Assembly: GCA_963812015.1 (NCBI GenBank)
Contig: CAWETI010000003.1
Coordinates: 608,001-672,000 of the forward strand
Length of the DNA stretch: 64,000 nt
Reading direction: 5' to 3'
Source of the DNA: an uncultured delta proteobacterium
GTDB taxonomy: Bacteria > Desulfobacterota > Desulfobaccia > Desulfobaccales > 0-14-0-80-60-11
Within the stretch, counting starts at the first letter, position 1; each line of letters starts with the position of its first letter. Made by a program: the position numbers and the translations under genes. The notes below the pieces were generated by a model. That model was not told the origin of the DNA and ran no database searches. It saw nothing but the letters and a program-made list of their open reading frames with translations. This document shows positions 42,058-51,408 of this stretch, piece by piece.

Positions 42058-42564
42058 ATGGATGATACAAAAAAAGGTGGCACAGGCGTCTCGCCTGTGC
42101 AGTCTTTTAAAATTACCCGAAGAACTCTACCACATTGGCAGGAGCCTGGAAGAGTATATTTCATTACCTGGCGCTGTAAAACGGGTGAAGTGCTTGCTTC
42201 CGAAGAACGCACCATTGCCCTGGAGGCGTTGAATTATTGGGATAGCCGCAAATGGACCCTTTACGCAGCGGTAATCATGCCCGACCATGTGCATGCCTTA
42301 GTGCAGCCGCTGGCTTTGCCTCAAAGTGCCGGGGTCTTTGATTTGGCGGAGATTATTCATAGCGTCAAGAGCTTCAGCGCTCACCAAATTAACCGCCTGA
42401 GAGGCAGCAGGGGGCCTCTTTGGCAAGACGAGCGCTATGATCGCATTGTCCGGGATGAAGCTGAATTTTTGGAGAAATGGCAGTATATTATTCACAATCC
42501 CTTAAAGAATGAATTGGCCCAAAGGTGGGAGGATTACCCCTGGCTCTATATAAAAAATGATTAA
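42058..42564 (+). CDS. REP-associated tyrosine transposase (RAYT, Y1 HUH family)
   Basis: RRTLPHW, YFITW, IMPDHVH, WQDERYDRIVRD, YIIHNP; start may be ATG 42058 or GTG 42097. Confidence 0.88.
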   Translation: MDDTKKGGTGVSPVQSFKITRRTLPHWQEPGRVYFITWRCKTGEVLASEERTIALEALNYWDSRKWTLYAAVIMPDHVHALVQPLALPQSAGVFDLAEIIHSVKSFSAHQINRLRGSRGPLWQDERYDRIVRDEAEFLEKWQYIIHNPLKNELAQRWEDYPWLYIKND

Positions 42565-42595
42565 AAAGATGCACAGGCGAGACGCCTGTGCCACC
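42076..42595. mobile_element. RAYT bounded by inverted REPs
   Basis: GGTGGCACAGGCGTCTCGCCTGTGC (42076-42100) and its exact reverse complement (42571-42595). Confidence 0.85.
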
Positions 42596-42636
42596 AAAAA
42601 ATATTTTTCAGATTTTATTTTAACAGGAGGATTAAC

Positions 42637-42921
42637 ATGGCAAGAAGGTCTGCAAAAAGTGTTAAAATTGACACGAACGTTAGGTGTAATAGGGTTTATC
42701 CTGTTGAAGAAACCAATAAAAATGTGAGAGAACTTAAAACTGTGGGTATGAAGCTATCAAGAGATCAAGCAATCCATCTTGCAAGAGTTTTATTAGCAGT
42801 TAGCCAAGAATGGGAAGAAATTGATATCACTGTATTTAGGCTAAAAAAAAGAAGGGCTGATGGAACTTATCAGATTACCGTTACAAGTCATCAACCTCAA
42901 GAATCTGAATCGGTAACTTAA
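42637..42921 (+). CDS. AT-rich hypothetical protein (94 aa)
   Basis: Strong AGGAGG SD; no family recognised. Confidence 0.7.
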   Translation: MARRSAKSVKIDTNVRCNRVYPVEETNKNVRELKTVGMKLSRDQAIHLARVLLAVSQEWEEIDITVFRLKKRRADGTYQITVTSHQPQESESVT

Positions 42922-42926
42922 AACAT

Positions 42927-43529
42927 ATGCGACCTTCATGGGATGAATACTTTATGCTCATCGCCAAGCTGGTGAGCACGCGGAGCACGTGCAACTCGCG
43001 GCCCACAGGGGCGGTGCTGGTGAAGGACAAGCAGATCCTGGCCACGGGCTACAACGGCTCCATGCCGGGGGCGCCGCACTGCTCCGACCAGGTCATGCCC
43101 GACGGCAGCCCCTATTGCCACCGCCGGGCCTTGAGAATCGCCGACGTGGACAAGTACAACTACTGCCGGGCATCTCATGCCGAGGCCAACGCCATCGCCC
43201 AGGCGGCCCGCTACGGCGTGGCCATCAAGGGGGCGACGCTCTACGTCACCTTGCAGCCCTGTTTCGTGTGCATCAAGCTTTTGGCCACGGCCCAGATCAA
43301 GCGGATTTACTTCGAGCTGGCCTATGGCTCCAAAGACACGGCCCGGGACGAGTTCTGGAAGGACGCGGTCGCCGCGGCAGGCTTCGAGGTCTTTGAGCCC
43401 CTGGCCATCACCCCGGGGGCCCTGGAATTTATCCTGCCGAGCCTGACGGGGATCACCTCCCGGCGGCGGCTGGCGGCCACCGCGGCGGCGGAGGAGCCGA
43501 ACTTCGTCGGCGCGGTGGAATCGGAGTAG
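42927..43529 (+). CDS. dCMP deaminase / ComEB-like zinc deaminase
   Basis: RPSWDEYFM, RSTC, TGYNG, HAEANAI, PCFVC. Confidence 0.9.
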   Translation: MRPSWDEYFMLIAKLVSTRSTCNSRPTGAVLVKDKQILATGYNGSMPGAPHCSDQVMPDGSPYCHRRALRIADVDKYNYCRASHAEANAIAQAARYGVAIKGATLYVTLQPCFVCIKLLATAQIKRIYFELAYGSKDTARDEFWKDAVAAAGFEVFEPLAITPGALEFILPSLTGITSRRRLAATAAAEEPNFVGAVESE

Positions 43530-43690
43530 GGTGTCGATACGGCGCGGTAGGGGCGGGTTTAAAAGCCGCTCCTAGGGTCTCAAATCCGATCAGAATCAAG
43601 AAATTTATTGCAATTTATTGAAAATTCAGGCATTAATGGGTAAGATGCTGGAATTAATAGATTTACTAATCGATTCTGGGTCAGAGCGCT

Positions 43691-45961
43691 ATGGCCAAAA
43701 GCGAAACGCCGAAAAATAAAAAGAAGAACAACTCCCGGAAGCCCAAGGCCGCGCCGGCGCTTCGGCCCGAGGCCGCGCCCGAGGTCACCTGGCAGCGGCG
43801 TTTGGGCCAGGAGATGGCGGCCGTGCTGCTGCTGGGGCTGGCCGGATTTTTCCTGCTGGCCCTTTGGAGCCATTCCCTGGCTGACCCCCAGGGGATGGTG
43901 GCGGTCTTTAAGGCTGCCGGGGTCCACAACGCCGCGGGCAAGGCCGGGGCCCTGATGGCGGCGTACTGCATCTGGAGCCTGGGTCTGGCTTCCTTCTGGA
44001 TTCCCCTGATGTTTTTAGGCCTGGCCTGGCAGTCTCACCACGAGGGGCTGGAGGACCTGGGCTGGGTGCAAACGGTGTCGGCCCTGGGAGTGTTGCTGGC
44101 GTCGGCGGGGCTATTGTCCCTGGGGTGGCCCGCGGTCAGTTGGGGCGGCGATTTACTGTATGGCGGCGGGGGGTTGGGAAACCTCATCGCCGGGACTCTG
44201 CGTTCCGGTCTCAATCCCGCCGGGGCGGCCCTGGGGTTGGGGCTGATCCTGCTCATCAGTATCATGGGGGCCACCCGCCTGTCGTACGTGGGGCTCATGG
44301 CCCTCCTGGGCCAGGGGCTTAGGTCCGCCTGGGGTAAGGTGAGGCGGCGAGAAGAGGAACTGCCGGAGGCGCCCCCTTACACCCCCCGGCGGCCGACCAT
44401 CGGACGCCAGGTCATCACCCAGGCCAGGGATCAGGCGGAAGCGCCGGTGCTGATGCCGTCGGTTTCGCTGCCGCCCACTCCGGCGCCGGAGGCTACCGGC
44501 CCTAAATCCCGGAAAGCCGCGCCCACCCCGGGGACCTATACCTTACCGAGCCTGGACCTCCTGGACCCGTCGCCGCCCTGGAACCACCAGGTGCAGGAAA
44601 ACGCCATGCTGGCCCAGGCCGAAAAGCTGGAGAACACCCTGCGCCATTTCGGGGTGGAGGGCCGGGTGACCGCCATCATGACCGGGCCGGTGGTGAGCCG
44701 TTTCGAATACGAGCCGGCCCTGGGCGTCAAGATCAGCAAGATCACCGGGTTGGCCGACGACCTGGCCCTGGCCCTGAAAGCCTTGTCCATCCGCATCGTG
44801 GCGCCGGTGCCGGGCAAGGGGGTGTTGGGGATCGAGGTGCCCAACCCCAAGCGCCAGGTGGTGGCCTTACGAGAGATCCTGGCGGAATCAGCCTATCAGA
44901 AGTCCGCCTCCCGCCTGACCCTGGCCCTGGGCAAAGACATCATGGGGGCCCCGGTGGTCACCGACCTGGCCAAGATGCCCCACCTCCTCATCGCCGGGGC
45001 CACCGGCAGCGGCAAGAGCGTGGGCCTCAACGCCATGATCCTGAGCATCCTCTTCAAGGCCACCCCGGAGGAGGTGCGCTTCCTGCTGGTGGACCCCAAG
45101 CGCATCGAGCTGTCCATGTACGAGGATATCCCCCACCTGCTCCACCCGGTGGTGTTCAATCCCAAGGAGGCCACTACCGCGCTCCATTGGGCCGTGGGGG
45201 AGATGGAGCGCCGCTATGCCCTGCTGAGCGATTTGAGCGTGCGCAACATCGAAGGCTACAACCAGAAGGCCAAGGTCAAGAAGGCGGACCCCCGGATCGA
45301 GGAAGGGATAATGCCCCGGGGTCTGCCCTACCTGGTCATCGTCATCGATGAGCTGGCGGACCTGATGATGGTGTCTTCCCGGGACACGGAAGAGTACCTG
45401 ATCAGGCTGGCCCAGAAGGCCCGGGCCTCGGGCATCCACCTGATCGTGGCCACCCAGCGGCCCTCGGTGGACGTCATCACCGGGCTCATCAAGGCCAACT
45501 TTCCCACCCGCATCTCCTACCAGGTGTCGGCCCGGACGGACTCCCGGGTCATCCTGGACGCCATGGGGGCCGAGCGACTCCTGGGCATGGGGGACCTCTT
45601 GTTCATGCCGCCGGGCACCTCCCGCCTGAAGCGCATCCACGGCCCCTACGTCACGGACGAGGAAGTCACCCGGGTGACGGAGTACCTGAAGGCCCAGGCG
45701 GCGCCGGAGTATGAGGCCGGGATTACGGAGATGCGGGAGGCGGAAGAGGAGGTCGCCGAAAACGGCGAGAAGGACGAGAAGTACGCCGACGCGGTGGAAC
45801 TGGTGGCCGAGACCCGGAACGCCTCCATCTCCATGCTGCAGCGCCGGCTCCGGGTGGGCTACAACCGGGCGGCCCGGATCATCGAAACCATGGAAAAAGA
45901 GGGCCTCATCGGCCCCTCGGACGGCATCAAGCCCCGGGAGGTTTACGTCTCGAGGCGGTGA
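43691..45961 (+). CDS. ftsK: DNA translocase FtsK
   Basis: N-terminal TM domain, PHLLIAGATGSGKS, IDELADLM, ATQRPS, gamma domain LQRRLRVGYNRAAR. Confidence 0.96.
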   Translation: MAKSETPKNKKKNNSRKPKAAPALRPEAAPEVTWQRRLGQEMAAVLLLGLAGFFLLALWSHSLADPQGMVAVFKAAGVHNAAGKAGALMAAYCIWSLGLASFWIPLMFLGLAWQSHHEGLEDLGWVQTVSALGVLLASAGLLSLGWPAVSWGGDLLYGGGGLGNLIAGTLRSGLNPAGAALGLGLILLISIMGATRLSYVGLMALLGQGLRSAWGKVRRREEELPEAPPYTPRRPTIGRQVITQARDQAEAPVLMPSVSLPPTPAPEATGPKSRKAAPTPGTYTLPSLDLLDPSPPWNHQVQENAMLAQAEKLENTLRHFGVEGRVTAIMTGPVVSRFEYEPALGVKISKITGLADDLALALKALSIRIVAPVPGKGVLGIEVPNPKRQVVALREILAESAYQKSASRLTLALGKDIMGAPVVTDLAKMPHLLIAGATGSGKSVGLNAMILSILFKATPEEVRFLLVDPKRIELSMYEDIPHLLHPVVFNPKEATTALHWAVGEMERRYALLSDLSVRNIEGYNQKAKVKKADPRIEEGIMPRGLPYLVIVIDELADLMMVSSRDTEEYLIRLAQKARASGIHLIVATQRPSVDVITGLIKANFPTRISYQVSARTDSRVILDAMGAERLLGMGDLLFMPPGTSRLKRIHGPYVTDEEVTRVTEYLKAQAAPEYEAGITEMREAEEEVAENGEKDEKYADAVELVAETRNASISMLQRRLRVGYNRAARIIETMEKEGLIGPSDGIKPREVYVSRR

Positions 45962-46005
45962 CGGGATATGAAAGTGCTGCGGTAAAGTTGATTTCCAGTG
46001 CTCTC

Positions 46006-46127
46006 ATACCGAGTTGCCAACAAACGACAATTTTTTGTAGGGGCGGACCCATGTGTCCGCCCTGGCTTGAGGGCGCACGCGCGGGTGCGCCCCTACAATG
46101 CCGCATTTTTTGATTGCAACTCGGTAT
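46006..46127. repeat. MITE/REPIN-like element with 12 bp outer inverted repeats and a GTAG-REP doublet
   Basis: ATACCGAGTTGC ... GCAACTCGGTAT enclosing GTAGGGGCGGACCC...GCGCCCCTAC. Confidence 0.82.
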
Positions 46128-46153
46128 CAGGGCGCCACCGATTACATTGAGCT

Positions 46154-47578
46154 TTAACCGGCCCTGCCGGCGCTAACCGGAATAATAAAGGCTATCCGAG
46201 TTCCTTTGCCTTCTTCACTCTCGATCTCCAGAGAGCCTCCCATCATGCGCGCCCGTTCTTGCATGGCCATCAAGCCAAGGCCGCGACGGGTTGGATCGCC
46301 TAAAACTTCATTCACTCTAAAGCCTTTGCCGTTGTCCGCCACCATAAAGGCAACCTGACCATCTTCTCGCTGCATGGCGATGGTGAGCCGGGAGGCCTGG
46401 GCGTATTTGCCGATGTTGGTCAAAGACTCCTGGAAGAGCCGGTAGATGTTGATCTGCGCTTCCCGGGGGAAGAGTTCGTCCAGGCCCTTTATCGGGTGGA
46501 TATCGGCCTGAATATCATAGCTTCGGGAAAATTCTTCAATGAGGCGCTTCAAAGCCGAGGATAACCCCAAGTCCCTCACCATCGTGGGGCTCAAGTCCCG
46601 GGCCAGGCGCCGGACCTCATCCACCAACCGGTCCATTTGCCGAATCATCTCCTGGAATTTTATCCTGATGGCGGGCTGGTTCTCCCCCAGCTTCTTGGCA
46701 ATGCGGTTGGCCTGGAGTTTCAAGACCAGCAACGACTGCCCCAGCTCATCGTGCAATTCCCGGGAGATCCGCTCCCGCTCGCGCTCCTGGGCGTTCAAGA
46801 GCTGGGACGCCATGTAACGCAGGTTTAACTCCGCCTGTTTGCGCTCGGTAATGTCAATGCCCAGGGTTAAGACCAGCAGAGCATCATCGGTGCAGAACGG
46901 ATAATTGTAGAGCTCATAGGTGCGGGCATCAAGGGGGGAGGCCCACTCAAATTTTTGCGGAACCTTGGTCTTCAGAACCTCGAAGGCCCGACAATCCTCA
47001 CACGGTTCGCTTCTGCCCCGAATGACCTCGTAGCAGGGTTTATCCCCCGGTTCACCAAAGATCTCGATGAACCGACGGTTGGCAAATCGGATCAGGTGAT
47101 CCGCCGACTTCAGGTGAACAAAAGCGGGCAGGCTATTCAGCAAGGAATAGAGCTTTTTCCGTTCCACCTCCAAGGCTGTCTCAGCCTTTTTGCGCTCGGT
47201 GGCATAGCGAATGGTGCGCAGCAGCAGCGTGGAGTCGGCTTCACCTTTAAAAAGATAATCCTGGGCTCCCTGCCGGACCGCGGTGAGGGCCAGGGTTTTA
47301 TCGGCCAAGCCGGTCAAGACCACGAAGGGCACTCGCGGGGCCTGCGAGTGCGCCTTGATGAAGGTGTCCAACCCCTGGCTGTCCGGCAAATCCAAATCCA
47401 GTAACACCAGGTCGATATCTCTCTGGCCCAAGCGTTCCAGCCCCTCGGCAAGCCTGGACAAGCACTCTATGGCAAAACCTTGCCCCCCGGTGTCGGCCAA
47501 CATCTCCCTGATAAGGCGGGCGTCGCCCGGATTATCTTCTATCAGCAGGATTTTCATGGGTGTATCTGCCATCTTCAT
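46154..47578 (-). CDS. Hybrid REC-PAS-HisKA_3 histidine kinase
   Basis: LLIEDNPGD, LLDLDLPD, ERERISRELHDELGQ, QESLTN, DNGKGF, GLGL. Confidence 0.9.
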   Translation of the reverse strand: MKMADTPMKILLIEDNPGDARLIREMLADTGGQGFAIECLSRLAEGLERLGQRDIDLVLLDLDLPDSQGLDTFIKAHSQAPRVPFVVLTGLADKTLALTAVRQGAQDYLFKGEADSTLLLRTIRYATERKKAETALEVERKKLYSLLNSLPAFVHLKSADHLIRFANRRFIEIFGEPGDKPCYEVIRGRSEPCEDCRAFEVLKTKVPQKFEWASPLDARTYELYNYPFCTDDALLVLTLGIDITERKQAELNLRYMASQLLNAQERERERISRELHDELGQSLLVLKLQANRIAKKLGENQPAIRIKFQEMIRQMDRLVDEVRRLARDLSPTMVRDLGLSSALKRLIEEFSRSYDIQADIHPIKGLDELFPREAQINIYRLFQESLTNIGKYAQASRLTIAMQREDGQVAFMVADNGKGFRVNEVLGDPTRRGLGLMAMQERARMMGGSLEIESEEGKGTRIAFIIPVSAGRAG

Positions 47579-48030
47579 TACCTTGGCGGCAGCATGACCA
47601 CGGTCAACCAGAAGTTTTCGATGGACTTCACCACTTCGAGAAACTGGTCGAGGTCCACCGGTTTGGTGATATAGCAGTTGGCGTGCAGGTTATAGCTCTT
47701 GACAATGTCCTGTTCGGCCTGGGAGACCGTCAGGATTACCACGGGGATGCGTCTGAGGTCGGGGTCTTCTTTAATCTCTGCCAAGACCTCCCGGCCGTTT
47801 TTCTTGGGTAGGTTCAGGTCCAGGAGGACCAGGTCCGGGCGGGCAGCCTCGGCATAACGCCCTTCCCGCCGGAGGAACGCCATGGCCTCCACCCCGTCCG
47901 CCACGGTGTGGAAGTTGTTCCGGACCTTGCCCTCCTTGAGGGCTTCCACCGTCAGGCGGACGTCGCCGGGATTGTCTTCCACCATCAAAATCTCGATGGG
48001 CCGACAGGCCTCCTTGCTAATTCCCTTCAT
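47578..48030 (-). CDS. Single-domain response regulator (Rcp1-like)
   Basis: [38 protein letters not shown]. Confidence 0.92.
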   Translation of the reverse strand: MKGISKEACRPIEILMVEDNPGDVRLTVEALKEGKVRNNFHTVADGVEAMAFLRREGRYAEAARPDLVLLDLNLPKKNGREVLAEIKEDPDLRRIPVVILTVSQAEQDIVKSYNLHANCYITKPVDLDQFLEVVKSIENFWLTVVMLPPR

Positions 48031-49162
48031 GGCTGTCCTCTCCAGGGATGCTGAAATAAAAGGTAGAACCTTGACCCGGCTGCGACTCTACCCAGATGCG
48101 GCCCCCATGGCGTTCGACAATTTTTTTGCACAGGGCCAAACCGATGCCGGTGCCGGGATACTCGGAGCGATGATGCAAACGCTGAAAGATCGAAAAGATG
48201 CGCTCCTGGTGCTCCGGTGCGATGCCAATCCCGTTATCCTTGATGGCGAAAACCCATTCAGGTCCGCTATTCTGCGCGGAGACCTGAATCCGGGGGGACT
48301 CTGGGCCGCGAAACTTGATGGCGTTGGCGATCAGGTTTTGGAATAACTGGAGGAGTTGCACTTCATCACCCAGCACCGTGGGTAAGGGCTCATGGGTGAT
48401 GACCGCGCCGCTCTCTTCTATGACTTTCATCAGGTTGTCCAGGGCCTCTTTGAAGATGGCCTGGCAATCCGCGGGTTTAAAAGGTTTGCCCCGGGTCCCC
48501 ACCCGGGAGTAAGCGAGTAAATCGTTGATGAGCCGCTGCATGCGGGTGGCGCCATCCACCGCGTAGCCGATAAACTCGTCGGCGTCCTGGTCGAGTTTAC
48601 CCCGGTAGCGTTTTCCCAGGAGTTGCGTAAAGCTCGACACCATCCGCAGCGGTTCCTGTAGATCATGGGAGGCCACGTTGGCAAACTGCTCCAATTCCGC
48701 ATTGGAGCGCGCCAGTTCCCCGGCGTATCGGGCCAACTGCTGTTCCGCCCGCCGACGCTCATCCAGTTCCACGGACAGGCGGATGTTGGCATCTTGCAGT
48801 TCCTCGGTGCGCTGCCGCACCTGGATCTCCAGGTCATCCCGGGACCGGCGCAGCACTTCGGCGGCCTGTTGGATGGTGTGAAATAAGCTGGGTATCGTTA
48901 ATACCCCGGCCAGCATGAGGGCTGAAATGGTCACCGCGGTTACATCATCCCCAAGATGCGGGGGGGGTGGGCTGCCGGCCAGCAATCTCCAGAGGGAGAT
49001 CGACCGCCGGATGGCCATGATACAAAAGGCGCTGGAAATCAGGATCCAGGAGACCCGCCCACCGGTGACTCGGATCAACCGCAAAGCAAATAACGCCGCC
49101 GTAAGCTGGAGCAGCACTGCCGTAGTCTGGAGCAGCGCGGATGCAGCGTATGTCACGTCCAT
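48017..49162 (-). CDS. Membrane sensor histidine kinase (Cph1-like HisKA/HATPase)
   Basis: Three TM helices, [43 protein letters not shown]. Confidence 0.9.
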   Translation of the reverse strand: MDVTYAASALLQTTAVLLQLTAALFALRLIRVTGGRVSWILISSAFCIMAIRRSISLWRLLAGSPPPPHLGDDVTAVTISALMLAGVLTIPSLFHTIQQAAEVLRRSRDDLEIQVRQRTEELQDANIRLSVELDERRRAEQQLARYAGELARSNAELEQFANVASHDLQEPLRMVSSFTQLLGKRYRGKLDQDADEFIGYAVDGATRMQRLINDLLAYSRVGTRGKPFKPADCQAIFKEALDNLMKVIEESGAVITHEPLPTVLGDEVQLLQLFQNLIANAIKFRGPESPRIQVSAQNSGPEWVFAIKDNGIGIAPEHQERIFSIFQRLHHRSEYPGTGIGLALCKKIVERHGGRIWVESQPGQGSTFYFSIPGEDSHEGN

Positions 49163-49312
49163 ATATTTGTTTGTACTCGGAAACGTCACCGAAGTCCATC
49201 ACAAAGAGACAATCCCCAAGGGCCCGATTTATGGGGGCGGCTCAGCGTCAGACCTGACTGAGATAGGGGGAAATTCTCTTCAAACTCGCTTGAATCATAG
49301 AGAGATTAAGCG

Positions 49313-49346
49313 ATTGTCAACCTAGATTAATTAATTGGTTGACAAT
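49313..49346. promoter_or_regulatory. BirA biotin operator
   Basis: Perfect ATTGTCAACC-N14-GGTTGACAAT immediately upstream of bioB, matching the BirA box TGTxAAC-N14/16-GTTxACA. Confidence 0.85.
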
Positions 49347-49374
49347 GGGATGGGCTTAGGTGATGCTTTTTTGG

Positions 49375-50371
49375 ATGCGATATTCTGATTGGGAAGAGAT
49401 TTTCCGTCTTACGTGGTCGGAGTTGTGGTCCTGGTTGGCAGAGGCCAGCCGGGTCCGGGAGCAGCATTGCGGGCGGCGGGTCAGCTTCTGCGTCATCATC
49501 AATGCCAAGTCCGGCATGTGCTCCGAGGACTGCGCCTTTTGCTCCCAGTCGGCCAAGGCCACCAGCCAGGCGGCCCACTATCCCCTGCTGTCCCGAGGAG
49601 AACTGGTGGCCGCGGCGGAACAGGCGGCCGCGGCGGGGGCCTCGCGCTTCTCCCTGGTGACCGCGGGCCGGGGAGTCGTATCGCCCCGGGACCAGAAGGC
49701 GATTCTCAGCCGCGGTGGCCGCCATCAAAGAGGCCGTGCCCATCCGCATCTGCGCCTCCCTGGGGATTGTGGACCGAGGCTTCCTTACGGAGTTGAAGGC
49801 GGCGGGGCTGTACCGTTTCCACCACAACCTGGAGAGCGCGGGCTCATTTTTCCCCCAAATTTGCACGACCCACAGCTTTGCCGAGCGGGTGGCCACCATT
49901 GAGGCGGCCCAAGCAGCCGGCTTGTCCGTGTGCGCCGGGGGGATTTTCGGGTTGGGGGAAACTTTAGCCCAGCGGTGGGAGATGGCCCAGACGCTCAAAA
50001 CCCTGGGCGTGGATGCCATTCCCCTCAATTTTCTCCACCCCTTGGCCGGCACCCCCCTGGCCCAGCGCCCGTTGCTGGCCCCCTTGGAGGCCCTGAAGAT
50101 CGTTTTGGCCTTTCGTTTCCTGTTCCCGGAGCGCTCGGTCATCATCTGCGGCGGCCGCCAGGTCACCCTGCGCTCCCTTTCTCCCCTGCTGTTCGCGGCG
50201 GGGGCCGATGCCCTGATGACCGGGGATTACCTCACCACCCGGGGCCGGATGCCGGATGAGGACCGGCAGATGCTGGCGGATTTGGGATTGGAGCTGGTGC
50301 AAGAGAACCATGAGCCGGAAACGAGGCGGGATGTAAAGAGCATGGAGCACCGCCGCTCTCGGCGAGGTTAG
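49375..50371 (+). pseudogene. bioB: Biotin synthase split by a +1 frameshift near 49708 (pseudogene or sequencing error)
   Basis: INAKSGMCSEDCAFCSQS in one frame; ICASLG, HHNLE, VCAGGIFGLGE, PLNFL, GDYLTT in the other. Confidence 0.8.
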
Positions 50372-50473
50372 GCCGGCAGGGGCGCCGGCGCTACATTTTG
50401 CCGCCTCTTGCATGGAATTTGCTGCACTGGGTTTTAAAACAATTTTTTTAGAGGTTTTGAGAAGGAAAGGCGT

Positions 50474-51244
50474 GTGAACCTGGAATTGCCACCGCTTCCC
50501 CCCCTCCGGGGGGTCTTTATCACCGGCACGAATACGGATGTGGGCAAGACTTGGGTGGCCGCGGGGCTGACCGCGGCGCTCAGGCAACAGGGGGTGAAGG
50601 CGGTTTATTTCAAACCGATGCAGAGCGGCTGCCCCCTGGCGGGCGGGCGCCTGATCCCCACCGATGCCCGGTTTGCCCGCAGGCTGACCGGCTTGGATGA
50701 GCCCCTGGAAGTCCTCACCCCCATCGCCCTGGGACTGCCCCTGGCCCCCGGAGTGGCCGCAGCCCAAGCGGGGGTGGAGGTGGATCTGGGGCGTATTGCC
50801 GCGGGTATAGAGGACCTGGCGGGGCGGTATGAAATTCTGGTGGTGGAAGGCGCCGGGGGGTTGTATGTCCCCTTGATCGGCACCCACTTTCTGGTCCTGG
50901 ACCTGATCCGGTGGCTGGGCTTACCCCTGGCGGTGGTGGCCAAATCCGGCTTGGGGACCATCAACCACACGGTTCTCACTGTCAAGGCGGCGCTGGCGGC
51001 CGGCATCCGGGTGGCGGGGGTCATCCTCAACCGCTATCCCGAGCATCCGGGGCTGGCGGAGGCGACCAATCCCGGGGTGATCGAGGCCCTCACCGGGGTG
51101 CCCATCTTGGGAAGGCTGCCGGAAGTGGCGGATATTACTTCCGCCGAGGGCCGGGAGGTCTTTCTGGCGGCGCTGGCGGCGGTGGCCGATAAGCTGGCGG
51201 GCTTTTCAGGGAGGGGGCTGGGGGCTTTTTCGTATTTTTCGTAA
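50474..51244 (+). CDS. bioD: Dethiobiotin synthase
   Basis: FITGTNTDVGKT, KPMQSG, VEGAGG, LGTINHT. Confidence 0.94.
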   Translation: MNLELPPLPPLRGVFITGTNTDVGKTWVAAGLTAALRQQGVKAVYFKPMQSGCPLAGGRLIPTDARFARRLTGLDEPLEVLTPIALGLPLAPGVAAAQAGVEVDLGRIAAGIEDLAGRYEILVVEGAGGLYVPLIGTHFLVLDLIRWLGLPLAVVAKSGLGTINHTVLTVKAALAAGIRVAGVILNRYPEHPGLAEATNPGVIEALTGVPILGRLPEVADITSAEGREVFLAALAAVADKLAGFSGRGLGAFSYFS

Positions 51245-51355
51245 GTGGCCACTTACAATCCCTCCCTGAAACCCTTCCCCAACCCCCATACAGAAGGCAG
51301 GGCGAGGAGTTTGGGGGAGGGAGGGTAAATAGCTTTTCCGTGTCCTGTCCTCAAA
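51205..51355. repeat. Diverged three-hairpin G/C-run repeat overlapping the bioD 3' end
   Basis: TTTCAGGGAGGG...CCCTCCCTGAAA, CCCCAACCCCCATACAG, GAGTTTGGGGGAGG...CCTCAAAA. Confidence 0.7.
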
Positions 51356-51408
51356 AAAGATTGATTGCCCGATGACCCGATGAATATCTATCCCAGGCTC
51401 GAATCAGC

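Noticed and set aside
42927..43529. dCTP-deaminase (AvcD-like) anti-phage system
   Set aside because: It is a single-domain ComEB/dCMP deaminase with host-like GC and no P-loop kinase domain.
49700..49720. Programmed frameshift or selenocysteine recoding in bioB
   Set aside because: There is no slippery heptamer, homopolymer or in-frame TGA at the junction.
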